From positions 1 through 64,000 of the forward strand of contig JBHLRP010000013.1 of assembly GCA_048882485.1 (NCBI GenBank): 64,000 bases of DNA, written 5' to 3'. The DNA is from Candidatus Thorarchaeota archaeon (GTDB taxonomy: Archaea > Asgardarchaeota > Thorarchaeia > Thorarchaeales > Thorarchaeaceae). Made by a program: the position numbers and the translations under genes. Each line of letters starts with the position of its first letter. Position 1 is the stretch's first letter. The notes beneath the pieces were generated by a model. It saw nothing but the letters and a program-made list of their open reading frames with translations. It did no database searches and was not told the origin of the DNA. Below are positions 1 to 10,194 of this stretch, in pieces.

Positions 1-1118
1 CTCCACTCTAGTATCTTCTTTCCCCAATACATGCGCATATAGCCATGCATCTTTCCGGTTTTCATCATCTCGATTTGGGCTGCATTCCAATATGGATCAT
101 GAGTTTCAGCGGACTCGAATTCCGTAAGTGAATAGATGTATTCACGGGGATCAGTGGAATGCTCTTTTAGTGTGGTCATAGCCCAATTGGGTAGACATCT
201 AACTGAGTCATAGTCCTTGTTATAATAGACAAAATTCATACTTAGCTCACGACGGACCACCAGCTCCTCAAGAAAGAGTCCGGCTCCAATACTTTCTGTT
301 TCCAAGACCTGCAAGGCAATCTCAAGAGGCGATATTTGACCAAAGTGGAGATATGGACTCATGGAGGAAAGATAGTTCTCAGAAGGGTCATTGCGCAAGT
401 CACCAAATTGGTCTAGTTTCTCGGAGATGAACTTGCTTAGAGATTTCTTCGCCTCTCGTGCACCACCTTTGATCCAGTTCACCGCTTTTACAGATTTGTC
501 GATCTCAAGCTCATCAAGTACTCTTCTTCCATTCTTCAGCTGAATTGAGGGAATCTCATCCTTTAGCGAAAAAGCAGGGTCAGACTTCACGAGAGGTTTT
601 AGGAATCTTTCCAAGTGTTTACGTATTTTTGGGCGAAATGTCCCAGCAGAGTATTCCTCCTTGGGAGAAGCAGTTTCAACAGGAACAACTACATTGGATT
701 CCACTTGGATGACAGGACATCTAACTGATTTCGCTACCTTACTACGCCACTCTCTTTGAAGCCGTTGGTAATCACGGTCAACAATCATCAGGGCGCAGTC
801 TTCAGCTAGGTTAATCGCGCACATACTTGGATTTTCTTGACGGATAATTAGCGGCAAATTCCTCTCATTAAGTTCAGATTCCACTTGAATTAGACCTTCG
901 AGAAGGAATTGATAACTCCGTTCATTAGCTCCCGGATATTTGCCTGTTAGCCCGAAACATACTATGATTGGCAATTCATACCTATTTGCCAGGCCAATTG
1001 CATACTCTAGAGCATGATTGCTATCAGATCTCTGAGATGCCTGCATCCAATACAGTACGTATTTTCCCTTTTGTATTGAATTGGAGTTTAGCTGAATAAT
1101 GCGTTCCTTGTCAATCAT
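1..1118 (-). CDS. phr: Class II CPD deoxyribodipyrimidine photolyase (C-terminus runs off window start)
   Basis: Not in ORF track; hand translation gives MIDKERII...YVLYWMQASQRSDSNHALEYAI...TGKMHGYMRMYWGKKILEW, the class II photolyase signature. Confidence 0.92.
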   Translation of the reverse strand, partial: MIDKERIIQLNSNSIQKGKYVLYWMQASQRSDSNHALEYAIGLANRYELPIIVCFGLTGKYPGANERSYQFLLEGLIQVESELNERNLPLIIRQENPSMCAINLAEDCALMIVDRDYQRLQREWRSKVAKSVRCPVIQVESNVVVPVETASPKEEYSAGTFRPKIRKHLERFLKPLVKSDPAFSLKDEIPSIQLKNGRRVLDELEIDKSVKAVNWIKGGAREAKKSLSKFISEKLDQFGDLRNDPSENYLSSMSPYLHFGQISPLEIALQVLETESIGAGLFLEELVVRRELSMNFVYYNKDYDSVRCLPNWAMTTLKEHSTDPREYIYSLTEFESAETHDPYWNAAQIEMMKTGKMHGYMRMYWGKKILEW

Positions 1119-1215
1119 GTTGAATGGGTTCATGAGTAAAGACTTATTAGCATTATTAACAATAGTTAATAAAGTTCTATTGTCAAACATTTGGAGCACT
1201 AGGATTGTGTGGGAC

Positions 1216-1695
1216 ATGCAATTTCCAAGCGTAAGTGGAAATGATCTTCTTAGAAACAAGGTTTCATTGCCTGATGACTTGAGTTCGGGACTAAATGTCC
1301 TGGTAGTGGCTTTCCAACAGTGGCATCAGGGACTAGTCAACTCTTGGGTACCTCTTCTTGACCACATGGTGGAAAAGTATCAAGATTTTGATTACTATGA
1401 ACTGCCAACTATCAGGAAGATGAACTGGTTAAGTCGTAGCATAATAGACAACGGAATGCGGGCAGGAATTCCATCAAGAAACACACGAAGGAGAACCATA
1501 ACGCTCTATATTGACAAGGAACCCTTTAGGAAAAAGCTCCGCATCCCAGATGAGAGCGACATCCATCTATTCTTGGTTTCAAATGATGGCGAAGTCTTAT
1601 GGACTGGATCGGGTGCCATCTCAGAGGATAGAGCAGATTCACTGACTTCTGCAATAGAAAAAGCTAGAGCAGATTATCAGAATAAAATCACATGA
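1216..1695 (+). CDS. Thioredoxin-like-fold protein, ATP10-like family
   Basis: MQFPSVSGNDL..LPDDL..LVVAFQQWHQ..WVP..IDNGMRAGIP; start moved to ATG 1216 because the longer ORF overlaps the photolyase start. Confidence 0.6.
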   Translation: MQFPSVSGNDLLRNKVSLPDDLSSGLNVLVVAFQQWHQGLVNSWVPLLDHMVEKYQDFDYYELPTIRKMNWLSRSIIDNGMRAGIPSRNTRRRTITLYIDKEPFRKKLRIPDESDIHLFLVSNDGEVLWTGSGAISEDRADSLTSAIEKARADYQNKIT

Positions 1696-3163
1696 CCGGA
1701 GAAGATTCAGCTATCTGGACAAGCCTTTGAATGAGCTTTTTAGTAACGTATTTTCTAAGCGGTAGTAGCCCGTACCAAGCAACCAATCCAGCCAGTCCAT
1801 AGGGACGATAATGAATGTCTGCATTGAGGGAACAACCTTTGGGATCTCTGTCCCTCATTGTGAGTGTGAGTGTCATGAAAGCTGGTATCTTTAACCTTGA
1901 CATCAGTGAGAGTCGACTAGTAGGAGAGAATTCGACAATCTCCCAGCAGTCTACTGAAGAACCTGCTTTTAACCGAGAGAATGGAGCTATGTTTTCCACC
2001 ATGCCGTTTCCTCGAAGAAGAACATCAATGTATCCGCGAATTGGCCATATCCAGCTTCCGTAATTCCAGCCCTTTGTACCAATAATAGAATTGAGCGCAT
2101 TCCAGACCTTATCACTTGAAGCAAGTGATTCCATTCTCTGATTCATACCAAATGAGGTGCCTCCTGCCCACTGAGGATCCCCCTTCTGAACTTGTTCAGG
2201 AATAGAAGCCAGTTTAGGATGTCCTTCTCTTTCGGATAATGCATGATGTCTTCTCTGACCTATTGCTAGACGAATAGCCTCACGGACAGTCAGTAGCTTC
2301 TGAGGAACTAATGAACGAACATCATCATTTTGAACGACGGCTTCATTCCGCAACCCTTCAATGAGTGGCCTTGTGAGAGGAGTTGGAAGAGGAGTCACTA
2401 AGGAAAGCCAATAGGAACTCAGATGCGGGGTTAGTATCGGTATGGGGACAATGAATCGTCGCACCAGACTTGCTTCTTCTGCATAGATACGCATCAGATC
2501 TTGATAGGAGAGGACATCGGGTCCACCAATATCCAAGACTCGATTGGCAGTCTCTTCAATCGCAAGACAATCAATGAGATATCCGACAACATTGCTAACA
2601 GCAATTGGTTGACTCTTTGTGCGAACCCATCTAGGCGTCACCATAGCTGGCAATCTATCAACAAGATACCGCATTATCTCGAATGATGCACTTCCTGCTC
2701 CAATTATCATAGCCGCACGAAGAGTAGTTGCTGGAACTGAACAGTCATGCAAAATGCGACTGACTTCCATTCGGGATGCAAGATGCTTGCTGAGTCCGCT
2801 CTCAACCTCACCCAGCCCACTCAGGTAGATTATTCGTTTTAATTCAGCCTGCTCCGCAGCTTTGACCATGTTTTCTGCTGCTGTTCTATCAAGGTTTACA
2901 AAATCCCCCTTACCGTACATAGAATGCACCAGATAGAATGCTGCAAAACATCCCTGTGTTGCACTGATCAATGACTCAACATCAAACACATCTGCTTTAA
3001 CTGGAGTAAGATTCGGATGGGATGACCAAGATTTCATTTTGATTTTGGTAGAATCTCTGTATCCTGCATTGACCCGAAATCCCTTGCGTAGTAATGCACT
3101 CACTAGCCGGGTCCCAATGTAGCCAGTTGATCCGACTACTAGTACTCTTCTCAAATCAGTCAT
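1688..3163 (-). CDS. Atypical SDR NAD(P)-binding oxidoreductase with C-terminal DUF2867 (YbjT-like)
   Basis: GSTGYIG Rossmann motif, YLVHSM, LRAAMIIGAGSASFE, GDPQWAGG. Confidence 0.85.
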   Translation of the reverse strand: MTDLRRVLVVGSTGYIGTRLVSALLRKGFRVNAGYRDSTKIKMKSWSSHPNLTPVKADVFDVESLISATQGCFAAFYLVHSMYGKGDFVNLDRTAAENMVKAAEQAELKRIIYLSGLGEVESGLSKHLASRMEVSRILHDCSVPATTLRAAMIIGAGSASFEIMRYLVDRLPAMVTPRWVRTKSQPIAVSNVVGYLIDCLAIEETANRVLDIGGPDVLSYQDLMRIYAEEASLVRRFIVPIPILTPHLSSYWLSLVTPLPTPLTRPLIEGLRNEAVVQNDDVRSLVPQKLLTVREAIRLAIGQRRHHALSEREGHPKLASIPEQVQKGDPQWAGGTSFGMNQRMESLASSDKVWNALNSIIGTKGWNYGSWIWPIRGYIDVLLRGNGMVENIAPFSRLKAGSSVDCWEIVEFSPTSRLSLMSRLKIPAFMTLTLTMRDRDPKGCSLNADIHYRPYGLAGLVAWYGLLPLRKYVTKKLIQRLVQIAESSPVM

Positions 3164-3392
3164 TTCTAAACGAAGAGCGGCATATAGGACATATGTATGA
3201 TTGGGTATTTCATTTCAGAAAGCAAAAGTCGCATTTCCAAACCATGATTCTGACGCTGTGAATGCGTCCTCGATTGCAGAGGATTGCCTAGGAATTTGCA
3301 GATTCATAGTGCAACTTTTATGAAGTCTGAGAACAGATAGAATTTAGTCCCCCTCAATGATAGATGGGAATTGCAAAGGAAATGCAGAGCAT

Positions 3393-4085
3393 ATGCTACA
3401 GTTCATTGAGCTTACCCATTTGGCAGCGGCATTCGTGTCTGGATTGTATATTGCTACATCTCCCTGTATCTTCCCGCTTTTGCCGCTGTTTCTTATTAGA
3501 AGTCTTGGATCTGCAGATGATAGGTCAAGGAGTGTAATTGTGACTATCGCGCTCACAGCAGGCATTCTAAGCTCGCTTGCCATTTACTTTGCAATATCTG
3601 GAATTATTGGACTGTACATACTCCAGAATTATACGCTTCTCCAAGCTCTTCTTGGCGGAATCGTGATATTCCTTGGAATTGTAACTGTTTCATCCACTCT
3701 CAAAGAGAAGCTACGATTGAACTCACTTAGCATTGGAAGGCAGCCAGAAAAACCCACCGGACTTTCTGGAGTCTTTATTGTGGGATTTAGTTATTCTCTA
3801 CTGGCAGCGCCATGCTCAGGACCTGTAATCATTAGTTTGTTTGCACTATTTGGAGGGCAGCCAGAAGTTTCGGTTCAATTAGTTATGTTCATTCTATTGT
3901 CCATAGCTGTAATGATACCGTATTTCGCGATAGCATTCGCGACTGGAGAGGCCAGGACTAGGATAGCAATGCAGATCGCAAATTCAGCAAGAACCCTTGA
4001 GTATTTGGTCGGCGGTCTACTCATTATCATAGGTATTATCTTGATGTATCCATGGCTCAGTTCCTACATATCGAGGGTAATTTAG
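3393..4085 (+). CDS. ccdA: CcdA/DsbD-family transmembrane disulfide reductase
   Basis: SPCIFPLLP and APCSGP cysteine motifs, ~6 TM helices. Confidence 0.85.
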   Translation: MLQFIELTHLAAAFVSGLYIATSPCIFPLLPLFLIRSLGSADDRSRSVIVTIALTAGILSSLAIYFAISGIIGLYILQNYTLLQALLGGIVIFLGIVTVSSTLKEKLRLNSLSIGRQPEKPTGLSGVFIVGFSYSLLAAPCSGPVIISLFALFGGQPEVSVQLVMFILLSIAVMIPYFAIAFATGEARTRIAMQIANSARTLEYLVGGLLIIIGIILMYPWLSSYISRVI

Positions 4086-4098
4086 ATGGTGAATTAAA

Positions 4099-4533
4099 AT
4101 GAAACTGATATCTGACCGACTTGTGCAATTATTGGACAGGTTACTTGCGGGAGTGGTGGTAATAGACAAGGACAACAAGATAGTTCTGTTTAACGAACTC
4201 GCGGGAGAGATGCTAAATCAAGAACCGAAAAGCAGAATCGGGACATCGATTCTCCGATGTCACCCTGAAAGAGCTGAGTCGGGAGTTCTCAAGATGATTG
4301 ACCAGATGAAAACTGGTGAGCTCAAGGAGTATGAGGGATGGGTCAACTTCGCTGGTAGAGTGCTTTACGAATACATCTATCCCTTACATGATGAAAGCGG
4401 AAACTACATCGGTGCTGTTGGGGAGATGCATGACGCATCGGAAAAGGCTGAGTTTCTAAAGGCCAAGGGTGAATTTGATATGCCGGAGATGCATGGATTG
4501 GGTGAGAGTTCACCCCGAAATCCTAGTCCATAG
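4099..4533 (+). CDS. Stand-alone PAS-domain protein
   Basis: GVVVIDKDNKIVLFN...IGTSILRCHP...PLHDESGNYIG. Confidence 0.8.
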   Translation: MKLISDRLVQLLDRLLAGVVVIDKDNKIVLFNELAGEMLNQEPKSRIGTSILRCHPERAESGVLKMIDQMKTGELKEYEGWVNFAGRVLYEYIYPLHDESGNYIGAVGEMHDASEKAEFLKAKGEFDMPEMHGLGESSPRNPSP

Positions 4534-4607
4534 AGATAGACTACGAAATAATTGATAGGGAGAAGGAAACGGAGCGGTACTCCGAGTCCTCTCCAGAATG
4601 TTCTGTA

Positions 4608-5465
4608 TCAATCTCTCCAGTCGAATGAGTCAATGCCGCCCCATTTGCTCCTACCAATTGCCGCTCCAATAGCACCCATGAGGATTATGGATAGTATTAC
4701 AACTGCAAAGTTCTGGTAGTCGTTAAATCCTGAAGCGAAGAAATAGAACCAGACAATGAGTAGAACTAGCCACACAAAGCCTATGCCTGGACCCACCCAT
4801 CTAGGAACAGGTCCCATGTCCGCATCAGTCACTGAAATGCCAACAGCCACTATGTATACGACTAGTGTTACGACTAGACCAACTGTGACGTTGAAATAAA
4901 GTTCATAGCCTCCGGAATAGAACCAAAGCCAGATGATCAGGAATGCAAAGTACGCATAGAGAGTGACTAGACCCAACACTGCGCGGCCTCTGAAAGCCAT
5001 GAATGCCTCTCGAGGAACCTGTGTCATCCAGGGACCTCCTGTCAGTGCGATCAAGGCCGCAACTGATAGAATCATGACCGCGAAATTCTGGTAACCACTG
5101 TAAAATGCGGCATAGAAAGGCCACCAGAGCACTATAAAGATCAACCAGCCAATTCCAACTGTGATGGAGAGCCTTATCCTCCATGCTGAGGGAGCCCACA
5201 TTATAGCGTTGACCCAACCAATGAATAGGAAAGAAGCTCCTAGTACTGCAACATTCTCCCAGAATGTGTATCCTGTTCCAGCAAAGAAGAATAACCAAAT
5301 CATTGCAAAGGCAACCCAAACAACAAAAGAAGCTGCCGATGCATTTCCCTTCCTCTTTGTTCCTGACCAGCCGGAACGTCCCCTCCGAACGTCTGGGGGA
5401 GGTGCACTTTCCTCTTCTTCAGGAGCCTCAATCGGCTCCTCTTCATTATCATTCGAATACTCCAA
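4608..5465 (-). CDS. Membrane protein built from four helical-hairpin repeats
   Basis: Four copies of approximately W-x6-W-x2-F-[FY]-A-x2-Y-x2-[YW]-Q-N-x-A-V after an acidic N-terminus. Confidence 0.75.
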   Translation of the reverse strand: MEYSNDNEEEPIEAPEEEESAPPPDVRRGRSGWSGTKRKGNASAASFVVWVAFAMIWLFFFAGTGYTFWENVAVLGASFLFIGWVNAIMWAPSAWRIRLSITVGIGWLIFIVLWWPFYAAFYSGYQNFAVMILSVAALIALTGGPWMTQVPREAFMAFRGRAVLGLVTLYAYFAFLIIWLWFYSGGYELYFNVTVGLVVTLVVYIVAVGISVTDADMGPVPRWVGPGIGFVWLVLLIVWFYFFASGFNDYQNFAVVILSIILMGAIGAAIGRSKWGGIDSFDWRD

Positions 5466-5618
5466 GTTTAGTCCTCCACATAATGTGAAACGAATCGATT
5501 GATTTGTGGGAGTTTAATATAGTTAATAAACCTGTGCACTGACGCGGCCTTTTCTGAAAGGGCTAAACTAAACACCTTAAAGCAGTTATTGGAATTCACA
5601 GCTATTCCCTAAGGGGTC

Positions 5619-5876
5619 ATGAATATGAGAGAGGTTGATGATAACTCAAAGAACGTAGCGATATGCAGGCAGTTCTGTGGACCATGTCCTACGTTCCAGT
5701 CCAATGATCTGAGAAAAATCCCTCCCAATATGCTATTCTGTGCTAGAGGAGCCTCCGAGAAACAGGAGGAGGAGATGAAGGACAAGGGTTGCTTCTGTCC
5801 AGGATGCGGCATTTACAAGAACTATGAGCTATCAGGCGGTTGGTTCTGTATGTTTGGCAAGGAAGGAGGAAAGTAA
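5619..5876 (+). CDS. DUF2769-like Cys-rich small protein
   Basis: CxxxCxxCPT...LFCARG...GCxCPxC...WFCxxG. Confidence 0.75.
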   Translation: MNMREVDDNSKNVAICRQFCGPCPTFQSNDLRKIPPNMLFCARGASEKQEEEMKDKGCFCPGCGIYKNYELSGGWFCMFGKEGGK

Positions 5877-6014
5877 TCGATACTGTATATATCCATTTGA
5901 TAGGCTCGGTCCAAATATGACTGGGCTCATAAAACTAGTTCTCACAGATTTTGAACACTGTATGGCAATCCTTAAGATACGACCATGATTGGCGCTGCAG
6001 AAGCGAGCTGAGAA

Positions 6015-6299
6015 ATGATGGCCTATTGCGTGATGGTCCAGGGACCATGTAGAGGCAAGATGTGCGATTTCTGGGCCAGAGTGAAGCTCAGAAAGAGGGC
6101 TACCGAAGAGATCGCTCAAGATATGTATCTCAGCATTTGCCAGTGCGATAATCCGGGACACACGAAACTTGATGATAGAATTGTCGAGTATTGGACTGTA
6201 TTCGGTGTGAAGAATATTGGGCGACTCTGTGAAGAGGAGCCGGACCTTTGCTCTAAAATGAAGCAAATAGAGTACCAAGTTGGAATATTGATGTCCTAG
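6015..6299 (+). CDS. Cys-rich hypothetical protein
   Basis: YCVMVQGPCRGKMCDFWA N-terminal Cys cluster. Confidence 0.6.
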   Translation: MMAYCVMVQGPCRGKMCDFWARVKLRKRATEEIAQDMYLSICQCDNPGHTKLDDRIVEYWTVFGVKNIGRLCEEEPDLCSKMKQIEYQVGILMS

Positions 6300-6424
6300 G
6301 AATCAAGGAAACAACGATGCAATTTCATGCATGGTTGTTGGCTATTTGTGAAAAGAAACGGAGGCCAGTGGGTGGCAGGAATTATCCCGCTGCCCAACTG
6401 GCGTTTTAATCAAATACTAATTTA

Positions 6425-8152
6425 TCAGCGAATCCAGAATGAGGCCATGAAAATATCATGGTCCGTAGACCGAATCGCTGTGCTCGGATCGCCGCTCCAG
6501 AGGAAGAATGGGAAGTCTGTATTGAAGTGGACAAATCTTGCAAAGAGGAAGTTTCTGTGCAGGGATGGTGTGATCAGAATGTGATCAAGGACACCGGACA
6601 AACCACGATAGATGTAGGAATATCGGCTTCTCCTATTGACCTCGAATACAAGGTCCGTAAGACCACCATCAATTAGTGTTGTTATTGGAGCCTCGTTCTC
6701 GTATGAGTTAAGATCCCCAATCACTATGACCTTCGCCTTACAGTTAGCATCTTGTATTTCATCAACCAGATTACCGACCCATGCTGCTTGCTCAATCCGT
6801 CGGGGCTCAGTGTCAGCGTAGGTTGGTGCATATGTCGACTTCGACTTGAAGTGGTTGATGATAAGCCACAGATCAGTTCCCCCTCCATGTCGTCCTCGAT
6901 ACCATTTGCCATGCGTCTTGAGATGAACGACTAATGGAGGTCGAGAGAAGAGGGCATTATATCCCTCAGGGCATGGGAAGTTGGGATCTGTCCCGGGCCC
7001 GTAGCCATCATCCAAGTCGGTGCATGTCTGACGCGCCTCAGCGCTCACAATCGTCACACGGTTCTTAAGATAGAGCAAACCAACATCAACGGCCCGGTCA
7101 TAGGGTCCTTCGATGAGTACTGCTCCATACTTGCCTTGGATAGGCTTTGTCTTCGTCAGCCTCTCAAGTATCTCGATATTCTCCACTTCCTGCACTGCAA
7201 TGAGATCAGGCATTCGAAGCATCTTTTTGATTGCCAGAGCATGCTTTGTGAGCTGTAGTTCGACATATTCAGGACTGTAAACGGTATCAGCCTTGTCTGG
7301 GTCATCGAACTCATCAAAGAGATTATACATATTGTAGGTGGCTACAGTGAGCCCAAATGTCAGCCCACGGGGCCACACACAATCACTTTCAGCCCACCAG
7401 TCATTGACTATCTCTGGCGGAAAATCAACACTGGGCTGGATTTTATACTCATCGTATGTATAATCAAGTGGACCGTATAAGTTCTTGACTAGTGTGCCTG
7501 TTCGAACATTGACTACCAACCCGCCGGAATCATCTGCAAAGATAATCTCTCCTGTGCCTACCGGGTCATTCTCAAATACTCGAGTAATGCCTGAGTCTGC
7601 GACTACCCCTGCAAACTCACCGTAGGAATCAGTACCAGCAACTACCCTCAGTTCTGGCACACAGACAAGCATTCCCTCTAATGATTCATAGTATACATCA
7701 GAGGCATAGTCGTCGACAGGCGGATTTAGCTCAACTGGTTCAGGAAGTGGATAGCCAGTGTCTTCTATGATGACGTATGGTTTATACATCTGGGTCATGC
7801 CATAGTATTCACTGACCTTTCCTTGTAGTTTCACATAGTCGCCAACATTCACATCGTAGTCATATTTGTACACAAAGATTCCATCAGAGGTGGCTGGATT
7901 TCCATCGCCCACTGGGTCCTGAACGAAGAATCCTCTCTTGGCCTCATCTTGGTAATCAGCTGTTACAACACCCCATGTATCAATATACATTGAAGAGGGG
8001 ATTGTAGGGGTAAAGCCATCACCTTGAATCTCTGGGATTGTATAATCTGGATTATCATAGGCCTGTACCATCCCTGGTGAAAGGCCCATCATAATCACAA
8101 AGAAAGTTAGAATGCAAAGCGTCGTTAATCGACGTTTCTTTGTGCTAGCCAA
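6425..8152 (-). CDS. Secreted ExeM/NucH-like nuclease (OB fold plus EEP domain)
   Basis: Signal peptide; GFFVQD..GDGNPATSDGIFVY; YESLEGM; AVQEVEN; NHFKSK; GDLN; LDHIL; TDHD. Confidence 0.9.
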   Translation of the reverse strand: MASTKKRRLTTLCILTFFVIMMGLSPGMVQAYDNPDYTIPEIQGDGFTPTIPSSMYIDTWGVVTADYQDEAKRGFFVQDPVGDGNPATSDGIFVYKYDYDVNVGDYVKLQGKVSEYYGMTQMYKPYVIIEDTGYPLPEPVELNPPVDDYASDVYYESLEGMLVCVPELRVVAGTDSYGEFAGVVADSGITRVFENDPVGTGEIIFADDSGGLVVNVRTGTLVKNLYGPLDYTYDEYKIQPSVDFPPEIVNDWWAESDCVWPRGLTFGLTVATYNMYNLFDEFDDPDKADTVYSPEYVELQLTKHALAIKKMLRMPDLIAVQEVENIEILERLTKTKPIQGKYGAVLIEGPYDRAVDVGLLYLKNRVTIVSAEARQTCTDLDDGYGPGTDPNFPCPEGYNALFSRPPLVVHLKTHGKWYRGRHGGGTDLWLIINHFKSKSTYAPTYADTEPRRIEQAAWVGNLVDEIQDANCKAKVIVIGDLNSYENEAPITTLIDGGLTDLVFEVNRRSRYSYIYRGLSGVLDHILITPSLHRNFLFARFVHFNTDFPFFLWSGDPSTAIRSTDHDIFMASFWIR

Positions 8153-8380
8153 TTTTAGTCTCTCTCCCTTTTAGCAAAGCTAAGACTGATTTCAAGTCTT
8201 GGCAGTGTGAACTTGAAACGATAGGTGACTCATCCGGCTATTGTTTGTTGTGGTTTCAATGCGCTATACTTCGAAGGGATTGACTGCATAAAGAAGTGCT
8301 CTTGCCATTTTCGAATTTCGTTATGAAATTCTGGACCATTGCATCAAGAGCGCGTTTGCCTAGCTCAGAGTATGTCCAGA

Positions 8381-10024
8381 CTACGCCTCAGGAACCGCAA
8401 TCATGTTTTCACGATTAAGGAGCCATTTGGAATCTAATGCGCGCTTTACGGCCTGCATCTCTTCAATCCCCTTTTCTCCATACATTGCAACTAAGAAAGC
8501 GCGCTTCAGTTTCCCGATCCCGTGTTCAGCTGCAACTGTCCCTCCAAGCTCAACTGCTCGCTTGGCGAAGGTCATGTAGTTGTCCATTCCTTGGTGGACC
8601 TCTTCATTGTTGCGTGGGAGCATGTTGACGTGGAGATGGTTGTCCCCGATATGTCCGAATATGACGTACTCCATACCTTGGGCCTCGAGGGTTTCTCTGT
8701 AGAACTTGAGGTAGTCACGAAGGGCTTCATCAGGCACTGCCATATCGGTACCAATCTTATGTACCTCGTGATACTCTGCCTTTCTCATGGCAATTGTTGC
8801 ATTGACAGTTTCTGGAACAAAGTGGCGCACTGTCTTCATCTTGGCGAGCTCAGACCGATCCATACCAGCCCAACTGGACTCAGATGAGGTGTTGTGCTTG
8901 TTCAAGATCTCCTCCAAGCCCATCACCATGGTTTCCATGGTTTCATCGGTATAGGAGAACTCGAAGAACACTATTGCCTTGGTGTCATCACCCATAGCTG
9001 GAATTGTGATTCCTGATGCGGCAGCCTTCTCCTTAATCATCTTCAGTGCATTAGGACCGAAGTACTCTAGGAAGTTCATAGGAACAGGGGAGTCTGGTGC
9101 ACGAATGTCATATACGAAACCAACAGCATCTTCCTCGCTCTTGAAATAAGCCATAACTGTCATGATTTCCTCGGGCATCTTGTTCAGACCAAGCTCTACC
9201 TCAGTTATGACACCCAAGATACCCTCTGATCCAATAAAGAGATCAATGAGGTCCATATTGGGTTTGGCAAACAGACCAGCGGCATTTTTGGTTTCAGGCA
9301 TCTTATAGGATGGAATCTGCACACCGACTGCACTGCCGTCACTGAGGATTATCTCGAACTTGCCATCCTTGGCAAAGACCTTGCCGCGTTCGATGTCTAG
9401 GATATCTCCATTCATCAAGACAACCTGAATCCTGCACACCCAATCACGCACAGCGCCGAACTTTAGAGTCCTGGCTCCAGAGGCGTTGCAGGCTACAATT
9501 CCTCCCAGCCATGCACTCATCTCAGTGGGATCAACAGGGAAAGTAAAGCTGTCAGATTCGTCTAGAAACTGCTCAAGGGCTTTTTGTTGATCAGGAGTCC
9601 CCTTTCCCTTAATTGCGTCAAGACTTTTGGAGTTCACAGCTGACACCAAGTCCTCTAGAAGGACGCCGGCCTGACCAGCGATTGAATAGAGCTCGTCTTC
9701 AGCTGAATAGTCCATATAGAGTAGCTTTGTCATCTTCTCAAGATTCAGGGCTATACCGCCAAGTGGGACTGCTCCACCAGTGAGACCTGTACGACCGCCT
9801 TGTATGGTGACAGGAGTGTCGTTCTCAAAAGCCTCCCTCATGATTGAAGCAATCTGATTCACTGATGTAGGAAAATAAATTCGCTCTGCTGCTCCATCAA
9901 AGGAGTGACTCTCATCGTCTAGGTAGAGAGCATAGGTATCGGTTATCTCCGCCTGATCTGTGACAGCTTTCATGTTGGAAAGGTCAGCACCGCCAAGCGC
10001 CTGTGCTTTGATTTGATTTGCCAT
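8381..10024 (-). CDS. FAD-linked oxidoreductase (D-lactate dehydrogenase/GlcD family)
   Basis: GGRTGLTGG, GSEGILG, GHIGDNHLHVN, AEHGIGK; start placed at ATG 10024. Confidence 0.88.
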   Translation of the reverse strand: MANQIKAQALGGADLSNMKAVTDQAEITDTYALYLDDESHSFDGAAERIYFPTSVNQIASIMREAFENDTPVTIQGGRTGLTGGAVPLGGIALNLEKMTKLLYMDYSAEDELYSIAGQAGVLLEDLVSAVNSKSLDAIKGKGTPDQQKALEQFLDESDSFTFPVDPTEMSAWLGGIVACNASGARTLKFGAVRDWVCRIQVVLMNGDILDIERGKVFAKDGKFEIILSDGSAVGVQIPSYKMPETKNAAGLFAKPNMDLIDLFIGSEGILGVITEVELGLNKMPEEIMTVMAYFKSEEDAVGFVYDIRAPDSPVPMNFLEYFGPNALKMIKEKAAASGITIPAMGDDTKAIVFFEFSYTDETMETMVMGLEEILNKHNTSSESSWAGMDRSELAKMKTVRHFVPETVNATIAMRKAEYHEVHKIGTDMAVPDEALRDYLKFYRETLEAQGMEYVIFGHIGDNHLHVNMLPRNNEEVHQGMDNYMTFAKRAVELGGTVAAEHGIGKLKRAFLVAMYGEKGIEEMQAVKRALDSKWLLNRENMIAVPEA

Positions 10025-10194
10025 TGATGCGATTCCTCTAGCAACTGATTGAGTTGGGCTGAACAAATAGTCAATATCAAGCATTTGGTATGAAAACTGA
10101 ATGAATCTCTAAGGAACATTAATGAGTAGGACAAGGGTCCTATCCTCTGCAATATTCTATTTTCAGTGATATGACAATCTGGTGAAAGGCAATA

